DNA of 63,718 bases, the filler included. It is 15 parts of 15 records of this genome, joined end to end, with 100 filler letters (N's around TTAATTAATTAA, not from the genome) between each part and the next. Parts side by side here need not be neighbours in the genome. Positions count along the whole stretch, not along the records: positions 48,384 to 52,650 come from SRR15195285_5148; positions 52,751 to 56,238 come from SRR15195285_5163; positions 56,339 to 59,568 come from SRR15195285_5164; positions 59,669 to 63,718 come from SRR15195285_5170; 11 more parts are not named here. One strand, written 5' to 3'. Of this stretch, positions 48,384 through 60,030 are shown piece by piece; position 1 is the first letter of the stretch; each line of letters opens with the position of its first letter. The translations under genes were made by a program, and so were the position numbers. The notes below the pieces were generated by a model. That model was not told the DNA's origin and searched no databases. It was given only the letters and a program-made list of their open reading frames with translations.

Positions 48384-48872
48384 GGGACTCTTCGGGAAAT
48401 GTAAGTTTGACAGAGCATCTTCGCCACACCCCTCGCTGCAAGAGCAGGAGCGCAACTCCCCAACTCTACCGTACTGATGGCACGCAGCCGCCATCGCAGC
48501 CAGCGACTCCGCCGTAGATGATACCCACACTCACTGTCCATTTCTGCGGTACCTTCCGCAGACGAGTTCCCCGAAATGTACACCAGTGATGAGCTCGCGG
48601 CTGCCACCCAGAAGCTCATTGACAACGCGAACAAGAACAAGCGGATCCTTGGACTGTTCCTGTTTGGAACAGACCGCGTGGAAGAGTTCCTGAACAAGGG
48701 CTTCAATTTCATCTCGATCGGCAACGACCTTCATCACATTCTCACGCAGACCTTCGCGCACAAGGAGGCGCTGGTCGCGTGCGCCAAGGCGGCCGGGAAG
48801 TCCTGGGCCCCAACCCCGTGCGCCATGCCGTTTGGTATGGCTAAGGAGGGATGGAACCACAACCCGCAATAG
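48384..48872 (+). CDS. C-terminal fragment of an HpcH/HpaI aldolase-family protein; intron 48401-48561
   Basis: Spliced GLFGKYEFPEMY...ILGLF...KGFNFISIGNDL resembles the HpcH/HpaI barrel end. Only a fragment is present. Confidence 0.55.
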
Positions 48873-49321
48873 AAATGCTGAGAATGACAGGCGACGGAGT
48901 GCGCAAACCGGATGTGAACAAATCAGTTGTATTGCAGACAACTTCTCAACCGCATACTCAGAGTACCGCAGCATACGACATATCCCTCGGTGAGCAGCAC
49001 AGGCGTGTGGGCGTAGGTCAGTGGTCAGCAGGTGTGGAATTCAAAAAGCCAGCAACGTGTTATGCACAGGCTGAGAGATTTGGGTTGTTGCTCCACTTTA
49101 TAGCTATTTTATGGCTGGATCTCCACAGCTAATTGTAGTGCATTTTCCCGTTTCTCCAAAACCATAGTGTGCAGTGCTCCAAGTGTTATATTGACAACGC
49201 GAGGTATATCCCAGAACACAGCAACAGGTTGAAAGTGGCAGAGTCTCCATCTCGGCTGGGATAAACGTCCCCACCAGGCGCAACACGTAGCGAGACATAT
49301 GTATGCCACCAACCCCAACAG

Positions 49322-52300
49322 TCACCGCAAAGCACTGCTGGGGCGGACATACTTGTTCGTAGCTACTCGTAGTTTGCATTTCAATGCAGATGGGCCCGCC
49401 GTAATCGGTGTGCAGTCAACGGTGATAGTGTTGGTCACTGTGGATTCCCGTGCAGGTGCAGTCAGGCGCGGAGATGCTGTCGCGGATCTTGCTCGGACAA
49501 CCCGCGAATTGAGTGTCCAGCTGGTGTTGTAATGCCACTGCGAGCGACGTGGCGTGCGTGAGTCCGGTGTCTTCGGTTCCAATGGTGGAGATGGTCTGAA
49601 GAAGAATCGCTGCTCTGAATGCACAACTGATGTACCAGCCTCCGCCACGCGTTCACCTTCTAGCACGGCCTCACCGGAGTAGGTAGCATTATTTCCACCG
49701 TTCCGTGCATCCACGACCCGCGCTTCCCAGGCGAGCCGGTTACTGCTTGTGGCGGGAGCAGATGATGGGCGTCGCTTGATCTGTGCCTTCCACGATGGGG
49801 GCGATGGTAGCATAAGTGCTGACGCTGGAGCTTTTCTACAAACCTTCACATAGACCTGCTGAAAGACGGCCTGGGCTCGAAGGTGCCCAGTCCCTGCTAG
49901 GATATCTGCTGTATGCATTCCTCCATGTAGCAGACGCTCAGTTTCCACGCTCGCCCTGGCCGTCTCCAACTGCCATAGATTCTCTGCAGGATCATTCTGA
50001 GTTTTCGAATACGAGTTGTCTTCGCTTTCGTCAATCGTCTGCATACCGTTCCTGAGAGGTTCGTCTGCCATGTCTATTGCCTGGCTTGGGGATGACCCAG
50101 CTGTCGTTGCGGCTGGCACTGTCTGCGCTGACACTATCTGCAGAGGTTCAGCTTCTACGCTCGTGCAACTTCCATGTTTTGTCTGCGCCAACTTCCATAT
50201 TTTGTCTGCTTGTGCTAACATGTCCTGAGTCTGTGCACATCCGTTTGGAAGCTTGTCTGTCATATGTGTTGCCTGCCTAGGGGACGACCTAGCTGCCCTC
50301 GCTTCTGCGGCTGCCCTTGCCCTGGCTTCCTTTGCTTCTTTTGCCTTCCTTGCCCCAGATGTTTTCATTGCTGCTGTCCTCCTTGCCGCTGCTGCCTTCT
50401 CTGCGGCTGCCCTTGTCCTGGCTTCCTTTGCTGCTTTTGCGTACCTTGCCCTGGATGCTTTCATTGCTGCTGTTCTCCTTGCCGCTGCTGCCTTTTCTGC
50501 TGCTGCTGCTGCCTTTCTTGCGGTGGCGGCGACGGTGGCGGCGGCGGCGGTGGTGGCGGCAGCGGCAGCAGCGGTGGCAGCACCGCCTTTCTTGGATTTC
50601 TGCGTCTGTTTAGGCTTTGCAACTACTTCTTCATCTTTCTCTTCAATTTGCAAGTTGTTGGCCTTCTCTTCTACTTCGAGAACAGGCACATATATATCGC
50701 GTGAAATTCCTGAAATATCGACTGCTGCATCTGTGTCCTCTTTGTCTACCAACTCGTAATGACCCTTGGCGCTGAAGCCGTCAAGACGCAGTTGCAGCAC
50801 CTTGAGTTTTCCTGTCGGGGTCGTAATCTTGTTGAAGAGGAACGATAGCATCGTGGCGTATTTTTCTTCTTCTGAATCGCACGACTCGAACAGCTCTTCC
50901 TTCCCCTCATCTTCCACCCATGACTGCGCAAGCTGGAACATAGACTCCAAGAATGTGTCGTACGGCATCAACTGCTCGAAAGGCCTTTCGGACAGGAAGC
51001 TCTGCAGCTCTTTCGCGTCGACAACCCCATCTTCACTTTCATCAATCGCCTGGAAAAGGCCTTTGATGTTTTCGTCTGATATCACCTTCGTGCCCACCTT
51101 GGCGATATCTCGGATAATAGTTGTGAACTCATTTACATCCAGCTCACCAGAGCCGTCGCTGTCGAATTGCGCAAAGAGATGCATCCAGCCGATCCGATCA
51201 ATTTCCTCTCGACACGCCTCCTGAACGAGCAGCTTGAGATCACGCCGCCGCTGGAGTTGCAGCCTGTTCTGCCGTGTTTTGCCTTTGACCGCGGGCGAAT
51301 CTGAAGCCAGATAGTCCACCAATTCTTGTGACGACACCGAACCTCCACCATCTTTATCCACGTCACTAAATATCTCCTCAAGCTCGTCATTTTCAATCGA
51401 GATACCTGTCTTGTTGACGAGGCGCCTTCCTGCCGCTCCCATGGATTTTTGCGCAAGCAACGTTAGGCGTGTTGGAACCTTCATGCGATCGCGCACAGCC
51501 TCACGGAACTCTTCGAAATCAACCTCACCAGAACCATCGGCATCCATACTTTCGAACAGCTCGTGCCACCCATTTTTGGCCACGGTTGATCCCAGCGCCT
51601 TCAGCAGCTTTGCTTTCACCTTCTCTACCCACATTGCGACCCGAATGCTGTTTGCGCCATGTGTCATGTCCTCGCACCAGTCTGCGTCTGCGATTTTTTC
51701 AGCTCGTTCAAGGTCGAAATCCTCCGCGCTGACCAACAAACGCGAAATCCGACAGTGCAGCTGTTTATAGGCGTTCGCATCGATTCCACCACGCTTCCCC
51801 AACGCGAGGGCGCGCTTTGCTACCAGCCACCGGCCTCGAGCCGTACCACGTTCTTCATGTTGCGACGCGTCGTGTTCGGTCAACCTACGCAAGACCTCCC
51901 AAAACCGGTCGATGATATCTACACATGCTGTTGATTGGCGCAGGGCCGTGCGCGCGTCGTAGGTCTCTACTTGTTTCTCCAACATGAGCATTCGCTGCTC
52001 CGGTGTGGTCAGCCTCAACAGATCGTGTCTGTACAGCGAGTACACCTCCGTATGCATATCGGTTGTCGTCACGGTCGCCAAACGGAACTTACTGCCACCG
52101 AGCATCAGCACTTCGCCAAAACATTCTCCAGGCGTCAGCTCGCTCACCCTGCCGACGCCCCGCACATGAACACATGGGTTGCCCACCTTCACGATGAACA
52201 TGTTCTCACCGCGTTTACCCTCTTTGACGATCTCGATTCCCGGGCGGCTGAAAACATGTTTGCTCAAGCTAGTGGCCAACATCATGAGGTTGGCCTTACC

Positions 52301-52650
52301 GAGAGTTGAGAACAGATCTATCGCTGCGAGCATGTCAGCGCGCTCTTCCAGAACCTCGCGGTCGCCCCAGGCTTTCTCCATCACTTTTATCGCGTCTCCG
52401 CCGCTGCATCGTAAACACCGTGTCGGCTCAGTAGTGATGATGGAGGCCGTACGCCGGTCTGTCGCTAGGAACAGGCACATTTCGCCGAAAACCACTCCCG
52501 GTTCTGTCAGGTCGTCCACGACTCCGATGCCGTCTACATGAACCGCACACGCGCCCGATTCTAGCACGTACAGCCCGTTGGGCGCATCGCCCTGTGCGAA
52601 CACCACCTCCCCATCGCTGTAGCTCATCTGCTCCATGCCAATGGCCAGCA
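49322..52650 (-). CDS. Tandem CNBD + multiple EF-hand protein with Ala/Lys-rich repeat, probably 5'-truncated
   Basis: Two CNBDs (VFAQGD...FGE...RTASI; IVKEG...FGE...RLATV). Four EF-hands: DADGSGEVDFEE, DKDGGGSVSSQE, DSDGSGELDVNE, DESEDGVVDAKE. Confidence 0.85.
50304..50495 (-). repeat. Coding tandem repeat, 2 x 96 bp (KAAAARRTAAMK..KEAR.RAAAE)
   Basis: Two near-identical 32-aa units in the 1104-aa ORF. Confidence 0.85.
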
Positions 52651-52811
52651 NNNNNNNNNNNNNNNNNNNNNNNNNNNNNNNNNNNNNNNNNNNNTTAATT
52701 AATTAANNNNNNNNNNNNNNNNNNNNNNNNNNNNNNNNNNNNNNNNNNNNTGCTGCCGCTGGTGGTGGTGGTGGTGGTGGTTGGTGTGCACACAAGGGCA
52801 TACGGCTCCCC

Positions 52812-54380
52812 ATGGTGCAGCAGCAGCAGCTGAGCCGGCCCTCGGCGCCGTCTGCCGTGGTGGCGCCGTCTTACACTGCCGAGCTCGCCACACGCTCCGC
52901 TTACCCACGCTTCCCCGCACGACAGCCGAAGAGCAGAACGCCGAGGCGGCGCATCGTCGTGTCCCCGCCCGGCCGAGGCTACGCTGACGCCTTCTCGGGA
53001 GGGCAGACGATGAGCCGCATACCGCACGATAGGAGGCCGACGGCGCACGATACGTTCCAGCCCGCGCCCCTGGACGGGGTAGGCTCGCCGCGATGGGTCT
53101 CGCCGCAGGTGTCGAGGGAGACGATGCCGCCCCCGGTCGCGCCGGTCGCGCCGATGCCCTCGTTCCGGAGCGAAGAGGCCGTAGTGCGCGAGGACAGCCT
53201 CGCCAACCATTGGGGCTGCACGGTGCTGGTGGGCAGCGTGAAGAACTCGTGGCAGCCCGTGGACCATCAGATGTGGGGGCACAAGATCCACTCGGACGCG
53301 AGCGATCCCTTCTCGCAGAACCCCATCTTCCGCCCAGCGGGCGGCGGCGGGGCTCGCTCGATCCCGCGGGAGATGGTGTGGCTCACCTCGAGGAACTACC
53401 GATACACTGGCATCGAGAACGACCTCGTCCGCCACGTTCCGGATGAGGCGCCGCAGTACGAGTACGGTGGGCGCGATGCGCGCCCGGGCCTCAACCTCGT
53501 CGGGCAGCAGAGCATGCTCACGCCACGCAGCTCTGCGTCAGCGCGCACGGGTGTGAACGGCAGCAGCCGCGGCAGCCAGAGCTGCCGCGTCGTTCTGCCC
53601 AGGCTTGGCGCTGAGCACGGCAACGGAGGGCCAGAACAGGCCGCTGAGCGGCCGGGGCAGCGGCAGCTGTCAGACGACGTGTGGATCGCTGCTGTGCTGG
53701 AGCTGCACAACAGGGCACGGGCGTTGCACGGCGCACCTCCGCTGGTATGGAGCGATGAGTGCTTCGAGCTCGCCAAGGCGCAGGCGTCGCAGTGCGCCCT
53801 GAGCGATCTCGCCACCCACGGGCACCTTGACGGACGGTCGGGAAGGCACGGGCAGAACATCTGCGTGCTGCCAGCGGCGGCGTCGGCCGCAGCGCGTGCT
53901 GGCCTGAGTGACGGGAACGGCGAGAGCGGCGACAAAGGCGACGAGATGGTAAAGGTGGCGCAGGAAGCTGTGGAGACCTGGTACGAAGAGGTCGAAGACT
54001 ACCAGTGGGAGGAGCCTGGGTTTGCAGGAAATACGGGGCACTTCTCGCAACTAGTCTGGGGGGACACAGAGGCGGTAGGCATGGCGGTGGTGGTGACACC
54101 AGCACAGGGTTCTGAGAGGGCGGCGGCAGCCTCAGCGAACGGCCAGGTGGGCCGGCGTTACATTGTGGCGAACTATTATCCAGCGGGCAACGTTTATGTG
54201 CCAGGGGAGTTTGAGCGAAACGTACTGCCTGGCCCTGGGAATCCGAATGCCGAGACGCTAGTCCAGCAGGAATTCAGTCGGCTGGCGCATTTGACGCCGA
54301 GAGCAATCCCACCGAGGAAAGAGGACACCGTGGACGGCTATCTCATGGAGCAGCAGCGGCAACACTCGCCACAGCACTGA
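52812..54380 (+). CDS. CAP/SCP (GAPR-1/PR-1-like) domain protein with long disordered N-terminus
   Basis: LHNRARALHGAPPLVWS, GQNI, WYEE, TGHFSQLVW, YIVANYYPAGN. Confidence 0.85.
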   Translation: MVQQQQLSRPSAPSAVVAPSYTAELATRSAYPRFPARQPKSRTPRRRIVVSPPGRGYADAFSGGQTMSRIPHDRRPTAHDTFQPAPLDGVGSPRWVSPQVSRETMPPPVAPVAPMPSFRSEEAVVREDSLANHWGCTVLVGSVKNSWQPVDHQMWGHKIHSDASDPFSQNPIFRPAGGGGARSIPREMVWLTSRNYRYTGIENDLVRHVPDEAPQYEYGGRDARPGLNLVGQQSMLTPRSSASARTGVNGSSRGSQSCRVVLPRLGAEHGNGGPEQAAERPGQRQLSDDVWIAAVLELHNRARALHGAPPLVWSDECFELAKAQASQCALSDLATHGHLDGRSGRHGQNICVLPAAASAAARAGLSDGNGESGDKGDEMVKVAQEAVETWYEEVEDYQWEEPGFAGNTGHFSQLVWGDTEAVGMAVVVTPAQGSERAAAASANGQVGRRYIVANYYPAGNVYVPGEFERNVLPGPGNPNAETLVQQEFSRLAHLTPRAIPPRKEDTVDGYLMEQQRQHSPQH

Positions 54381-54783
54381 CAGGCGTGTGTCAGGCGTGC
54401 GGCAGTATTGCTGCGCAGCGTATGGTAGTCCACATGAACGTACTTAAAGCAGATCGTACGAGCACCTTGATCAGGAGCTTGTTGTATTCGGGCTCATTGT
54501 CCGGCCCATTAGGCTGCCGCCCTCCGTAGTTGAGCAGCGGCGAGAGCTTGTAGGTGCCAGGTACCACGTCGGCAGCCGTGATCTCGGTTCTATCCACCAG
54601 GGGAATGTTCACCCCAATTGCGATACGATAGCCAGCCAACTTAGTATATTCGTAGGGTAGGGATTCCTATGAGTCAGGATTGAGAAACACAAGGGACTTC
54701 GTGGACGGTAGCTGCTTCACTGCTCCCTACACCCTCACCCTCATGCTTGTGCTGTGCCACCGTGACGACGAGCATCTGGGCTC

Positions 54784-56119
54784 TTACAGACTCGCCCCGC
54801 TAAGGTCTAAAGCCTGAATGCCGCCGGTCTGGCTTCCGTCTTTGCCTCCACAAGTGTACTCCTTCATCCGCATCATCTTACCGTGGTTGGGGTCAAAGTA
54901 GAATTGGCACAAGGTCCCCCCGTCCCCAACATCTACACAGCATGGGCATCATTCTACTCAGGTATGCTACAGAGCGAGGCTGCCACTTGCTGGCGCTGGC
55001 ATCTCTCTGCTGAGGAAGCTGCTCTAGGCAGGGGACTACTGATGAATGCGACTCACACACTACGTCGCCAGACGGGTCTAGCGCCATATGCTGTGGGGAG
55101 AACGACTCAGGCACGTCTGCAACCAAACAAATCTCGCTCAGTCGCAGACCCCCAGTGGCGCCGTCCACGCCAAACACCGCCACGGAACAGCATCCTGTTG
55201 CTGGCAGAGCGCGATTGGGAGCGAAGAGCCACTTTCCGTCGGGCGTCATCTTGATCTCCGCACAATGGCTGACTTCAGTGAAATCGTCAGGTACTGTCGA
55301 AATGGTCTGTGTGTGAGTAAGCAGGCCGGTCGTTGTGTCCATTTGATAGCCCGAGACCGAGTTTCCTTGCTCGTTTGCGGTGTAAAGAATGTTTAAGAAA
55401 GGGTGGAACACGAAGTGGCGAGGGCCCAGCTCCGGCCTCGTGCCAAATCGATTATACGGCGGAGGCGCTGCCTCACCGCTGAATCCTTCTGGAAAGCCTC
55501 CCTCAGGTTCTTCTGCAGTAGCTAGTGGGCCGTCGAAGCGAGGCACAGGCGTAGCGCCAGTGGGCGGCGGAATGATTGGAGGTCCGTTTTGCTGCAGCTG
55601 CCCTGTGGCGTCTGAAAACGAGAGCTGATGGATAGCGTTGCCGTTGGTGTGGTCCGCTGCAGCTACACACGGGACAAATGCAAAGCGATTGCTGGGGTCC
55701 GTGGCTATGAAGTGGCTGGTGAAGCGCAGGTCGTCCAACACGCTCACAGGCGGACCAGTCGCGCATCCATCGGCCTTGATAGGCAGAGAGGCCACGGCAC
55801 CAGGTGTGCGGTATGAAGCCAGCAGCAGGTAGCGCCCCGTCCGATCCGTGGCCATGTAAGCCGGCGAGATCGGCAGGGGCACCGGCTCGGCGCCCGTCGG
55901 CGTCACCTCGCCGGTGAGCTGGTCGACCGCCAGTGTGACGCAGGTATCCTCCCGCGTCACCACATAGAGGAAGTAGCGGTCGGGCGAGAAGGTGAAGGTT
56001 GAGACACCGCCGTGCACCGCCGTGGAGCGCAGGTGAGTGAGGTCGCCACTGCCCTCTGCGCGCTTGTACATGGCGATGGCCTCCCCTGCGCCAACGTATA
56101 GCAGCTGCACCCCGACCAT
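54784..56119 (-). CDS. Lactonase, 7-bladed beta-propeller (6-phosphogluconolactonase YbhE/Pgl-like); intron 54933-55056
   Basis: TDRTGRYLLLASY, HFIATDPSNRFAFVP, GPRHFVFHP, AEIKMTPDGKWLFAPNR. Splicing gives GDVVYVGDGGTLCQFYFDPNHGK...ASL* with stop at 54784. Confidence 0.8.
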
Positions 56120-56338
56120 CTGGGAGGCAAGGAGGGAAACGGCCCAGGATGGCCTCCCCCGCCTAACCCTCACACACTTTCTGACCACCTCACAGACCCG
56201 CCAGCCAGGGCGGCGGTCACGGGTAGTGAATGGTCTGGNNNNNNNNNNNNNNNNNNNNNNNNNNNNNNNNNNNNNNNNNNNNTTAATTAATTAANNNNNN
56301 NNNNNNNNNNNNNNNNNNNNNNNNNNNNNNNNNNNNNN

Positions 56339-59300
56339 TGTGTTTTTCTTGTGAGCCGAATTTCTGGACGCGACGTGAATCCCGGCGAGAAGGCCGTGCT
56401 CGTGACAGACAGCGAAGGGACGGTCTTGAATGCCAGCGCACCCGTAATTACCCAGCACCACGGCGTCGTCGTTTTCACTCCTTCGAGGTCTGGTGGCAGC
56501 CAGACGTACTACGTTTACTACATGCCGTACACACAGTCCGGAATCGGCAGCGTCCACCTTGCCTGGGATTCGCCTAATGCTGGTCAGTCCGGTCACTGGT
56601 TGCCAGCTGCCAACGTCACCACCGTGCAGAAGGCGATCCACGCGCGCCAAGTTTTCACGTTGCCAAAGCCAGTGACTAGCCGCAAGTTTCGCTGGACCTG
56701 CACCAAGACCTGGGGCAGCAATCCCGCCTGGCAGGCGTTCTTGCTCGAGCTGGAGTTCCGCACTGCCGACGGCTGGCTGGCGAACCACGCTACAAGCGCT
56801 CAGAATGCGCCCGTTGCTGCTGCATCCTCCTGGCAGTCGCGACAGACTGGCGATGGGCAGCCGTGGGCAGCAATGGATGGAAATCTCCACACAATGTGGG
56901 ACCCACGCAGCACCCCAGCTTGGCTGGACCTTGACTTTGGAAAGGCGATAACCGTCGAAGCTGTAGGTGTGACAAGTGGCGGGGACATTACACACGACAT
57001 TAAGGCTTTCACGCTGGAGACATCATCGAGCCCAGCTCCAAGCCCAAGCGGAACCCCATGGCAACAGCTCCCACATCCGAGCGACGTCCGCATCGAATCA
57101 CGCGATGAGTTCCACAATATTATACCAATGGGGCTGCCTGCGAACGCCTCTGAGGTGGCCGAGCTGGCTGCTACACATCCATCGGCAGATGGTGTGTGGC
57201 TCTTTACTGAGCCACGTGAGTACAAAGTGATGATGGAGGATCGTGTGCCTGTCCGATGGGTGCAGCAAGGACCGTCCTCTCACTTCAACGCGTCTGTGCA
57301 GCGTGGTGAGTGGTTCTACTTCCAGCTAGCGCTGTACAGCAGCAAAGACCTTTCGAGTGTCACGCTCTCAGAGCTGACGCTAGCTGGGGGCAGTGTCACA
57401 GTACAGGCTCAGTGCCTCAATACAATGGGCAGCACATCCCTGGGTGAGGACGTAACACCGACACAGCGCCCCGTGCGTCGAGGGTTCGACGCCTTTTTGG
57501 TCTCGGCAAAGGCTGGAAGTGTTAAGACGCTCTGGGTCGGCGTCAATGTGCCAACTACTGTCAATCCTGGAACTGTGCTGCGTGGTACCGCTACCATTGG
57601 ACTACAAGCGACAGGGTCGGCCGCAACGACAAAAGCAGTAGCCGTTGCCCTGACGGTTAGCAATGAGCCGGTCAGCGCGACGCAGGGTTTCTCAAATCTA
57701 TCCAGCTATTCACGCCTGAGCTGGCTTAATTCGAAGTACGCTATCGATGAGGAGGTTGTTGCGCCGTACACCCCACTACAGGTCGTCGGAAGCAATGTCC
57801 TCGACTCAGAAAAATTCCAGACAGACGGCTTCAGAGTGAATCTGCTGAACCGGCAGGTTGTGGTGGGTGCTGACGGTCTGCCATCGGCTATCACCGTCAC
57901 CCGTCCTGCCTCAGCTCATGGTGTGATTAGCGAACGCAAGATCAAGCTGCTTGCAAAGCCAATCAGCCTGTGCCTCCTAAAGGGTGGCTCGAGATTGCCC
58001 GTGACAGTGCACACACCCGCCACTGTCTGGCACACAACGCCCGCAACCGTCAGCTGGAGCTCAGTTGTAATCACAGGACCCGCCCAGCTTGTGCTCAACG
58101 CGAGTATATCTATGGACGGATATATAGACTTTGCTGTGGAGTTGTCTGCAGCCACACCGGCTGATGAGCACTTTACTGTGGATGATATTCAGCTGCAAGT
58201 TGAATGGTTGCCACAGCCGAAGGACAGGCTCTACTACACAGGTATGGGGCAGCTGGGACAGGCGTTTGCAAGCAATACCTCCATCGAGTGGAAATGGACA
58301 CTCGAGCACCAGAATAACTTTGTGTGGGTGGGCTCGCCTTCAGCAGGCCTCAAACTAAAACTGAAGGACGACAATGACCCGCACCGAGATGCAGCGATCC
58401 CGTCCTACTCGGAGCTACCATTGTCTTGGGCGAACGGAGGTCTTGGTGGAACACATATATCCTCGCTGCCCGGGAACCCACTCGGAGCATCTTTGACTGC
58501 GTACACCGGACCGTACACGCTGCGACCGGCAGCAAAGGTGCCACTTACCAACTGCTCGCGAGTGTTTCGATGGGATATGTCAGTCACACCCTTTAAAGCA
58601 CGAAACGAGAGCAAACACTGGGATTTGCGGCACTTTCAAGTAGGTTACCCAGGCAGCTCTTTCACATCTGCAGAAGACGTTCACAAGACAGGCGCAAATG
58701 TGATTAATATCCACCAGGTGAGGCATGCGATTGCGCGAAGCTCCATTTCTCTCGTTCTACGCGTCACCTTTCAGCAAACTAAAGCTTGGAGTTACTGTCC
58801 TTCATGATCCGACCAGGGTGTCGACACAATGATCAACCCGTAAGTAATCCATGTGTCTGTCTACCTGTCACAATCAATCAGCAGTCTAGCTGGCTGGCAG
58901 TTTGGCTGGCTGATAGTCTGGCTGGCTGAGTGACTGGGTGATTGAATTCACCGATGTGCATTCGCTTACCGCCTGCCTTCGTAGACACCGTGAGAGAATT
59001 GTCCAACCACGCTGCAGAGATCTGGGCGATGCGGCAGTTGGAAGATGAGATATACGCGAGACCATCCTGTGGCTTTGGTGGGCAGAGCAGTAATTGTGGC
59101 GGAGCAGCTTGGCTTCAAGAGCAGCTGGGAACAAGCTACGCGCCAGCTTGGTTTGACCAACTTGCCGCGCCTAATGGAGCAGATGCAGCGATTGCACAGG
59201 CAGGTACAGCGGGTCGCTGGTTGAACTATTACATCGAAGGCCTTCGACACTCTGTGGCTCATGCACCCTATATCAATGGTATATACTACGTAAGATCCCA

Positions 59301-59513
59301 TTCGGATAGTATTCCATCGTAATGCTTTATTGTTGTACCGCCATTCGAATGACGTCCCATTGTTACGATACAGGACGGGATCTTATTCGACCGATTTACA
59401 ATGGTGCGCGTGCGCAAGACACTGGAGCGCAACTCGAAAGTGTATGAGCCCCTGATTGACATGCATACTGGCAATGACTTCATCGGCAGCATGCGCACTG
59501 ATGCAGTGCAGTA
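56339..59513 (+). CDS. DUF6067/GH123-like glycoside hydrolase with inserted F5/8-type C (CBM32-like) module; partial at both ends; introns from 58718, 58840, 59290, 59514
   Basis: YYVYYMPY, RGEWFYFQ, RLSWLNS...VVAPYTPL, GANVINIHQ, TVRELSNH, GRWLNYYIEGL, GIYY|DG..FDR.TM.RVRK. F5/8C-like WAAMDGNLHTMW...WLDLDFG. Confidence 0.72.
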
Positions 59514-60030
59514 GTACGTCTTCTCCGCGGTGTCACAATCAATCAGCTGATCAGTACTGATCAGCTGANNNNNNNNNNNNNNNNNNNNNNNNNNNNNNNN
59601 NNNNNNNNNNNNTTAATTAATTAANNNNNNNNNNNNNNNNNNNNNNNNNNNNNNNNNNNNNNNNNNNNTAAAACAAACAAGTCTTTGTGTGGACACCAAC
59701 TCGACTTTGGTGTTACGCGGTACTCGCAGTACCTGGGTACCACTGTAAATTTGAAAATTTCATTCGAAATCAAAATGGCCCCAGGACCGATTAAATCACA
59801 TTGTACTTAATCGCTGTTCGTGAGGCATCAGCTGATCAGCACGCAGGAGTTCAGCGAGGAGTCGGAGGACTTGCTGCCTTAGCTTGGCCGCGGCGTACCG
59901 GGCGGCTGGCTGGCGGAGCTGGCTGTCATGAGGCGGCTTGCGGCAGGGCCAGGGCTTCTGGCTTCGGCCAGAGGCCCCTGCCGGCAGTGAGCTCGTGGCG
60001 GTTCGGAGGAGGAGGCGGGGAGCCGACCAG

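Noticed and set aside
54391-54639. 82-aa minus-strand ORF as an extra lactonase exon
   Set aside because: The spliced lactonase already ends at 54784, and this ORF has a TTG start and no motif.
54784-59513. Bacterial contamination for bacterial-looking genes (lactonase, DUF6067, HpcH, NhaA)
   Set aside because: Each carries GT-AG spliceosomal introns, so they are resident eukaryotic genes.
3604-59668. Regularly recurring TTAATTAATTAA palindrome as a CRISPR-like or biological repeat
   Set aside because: It is always centred in exactly 44+44 Ns and has stops in all six frames, so it is a concatenation spacer.
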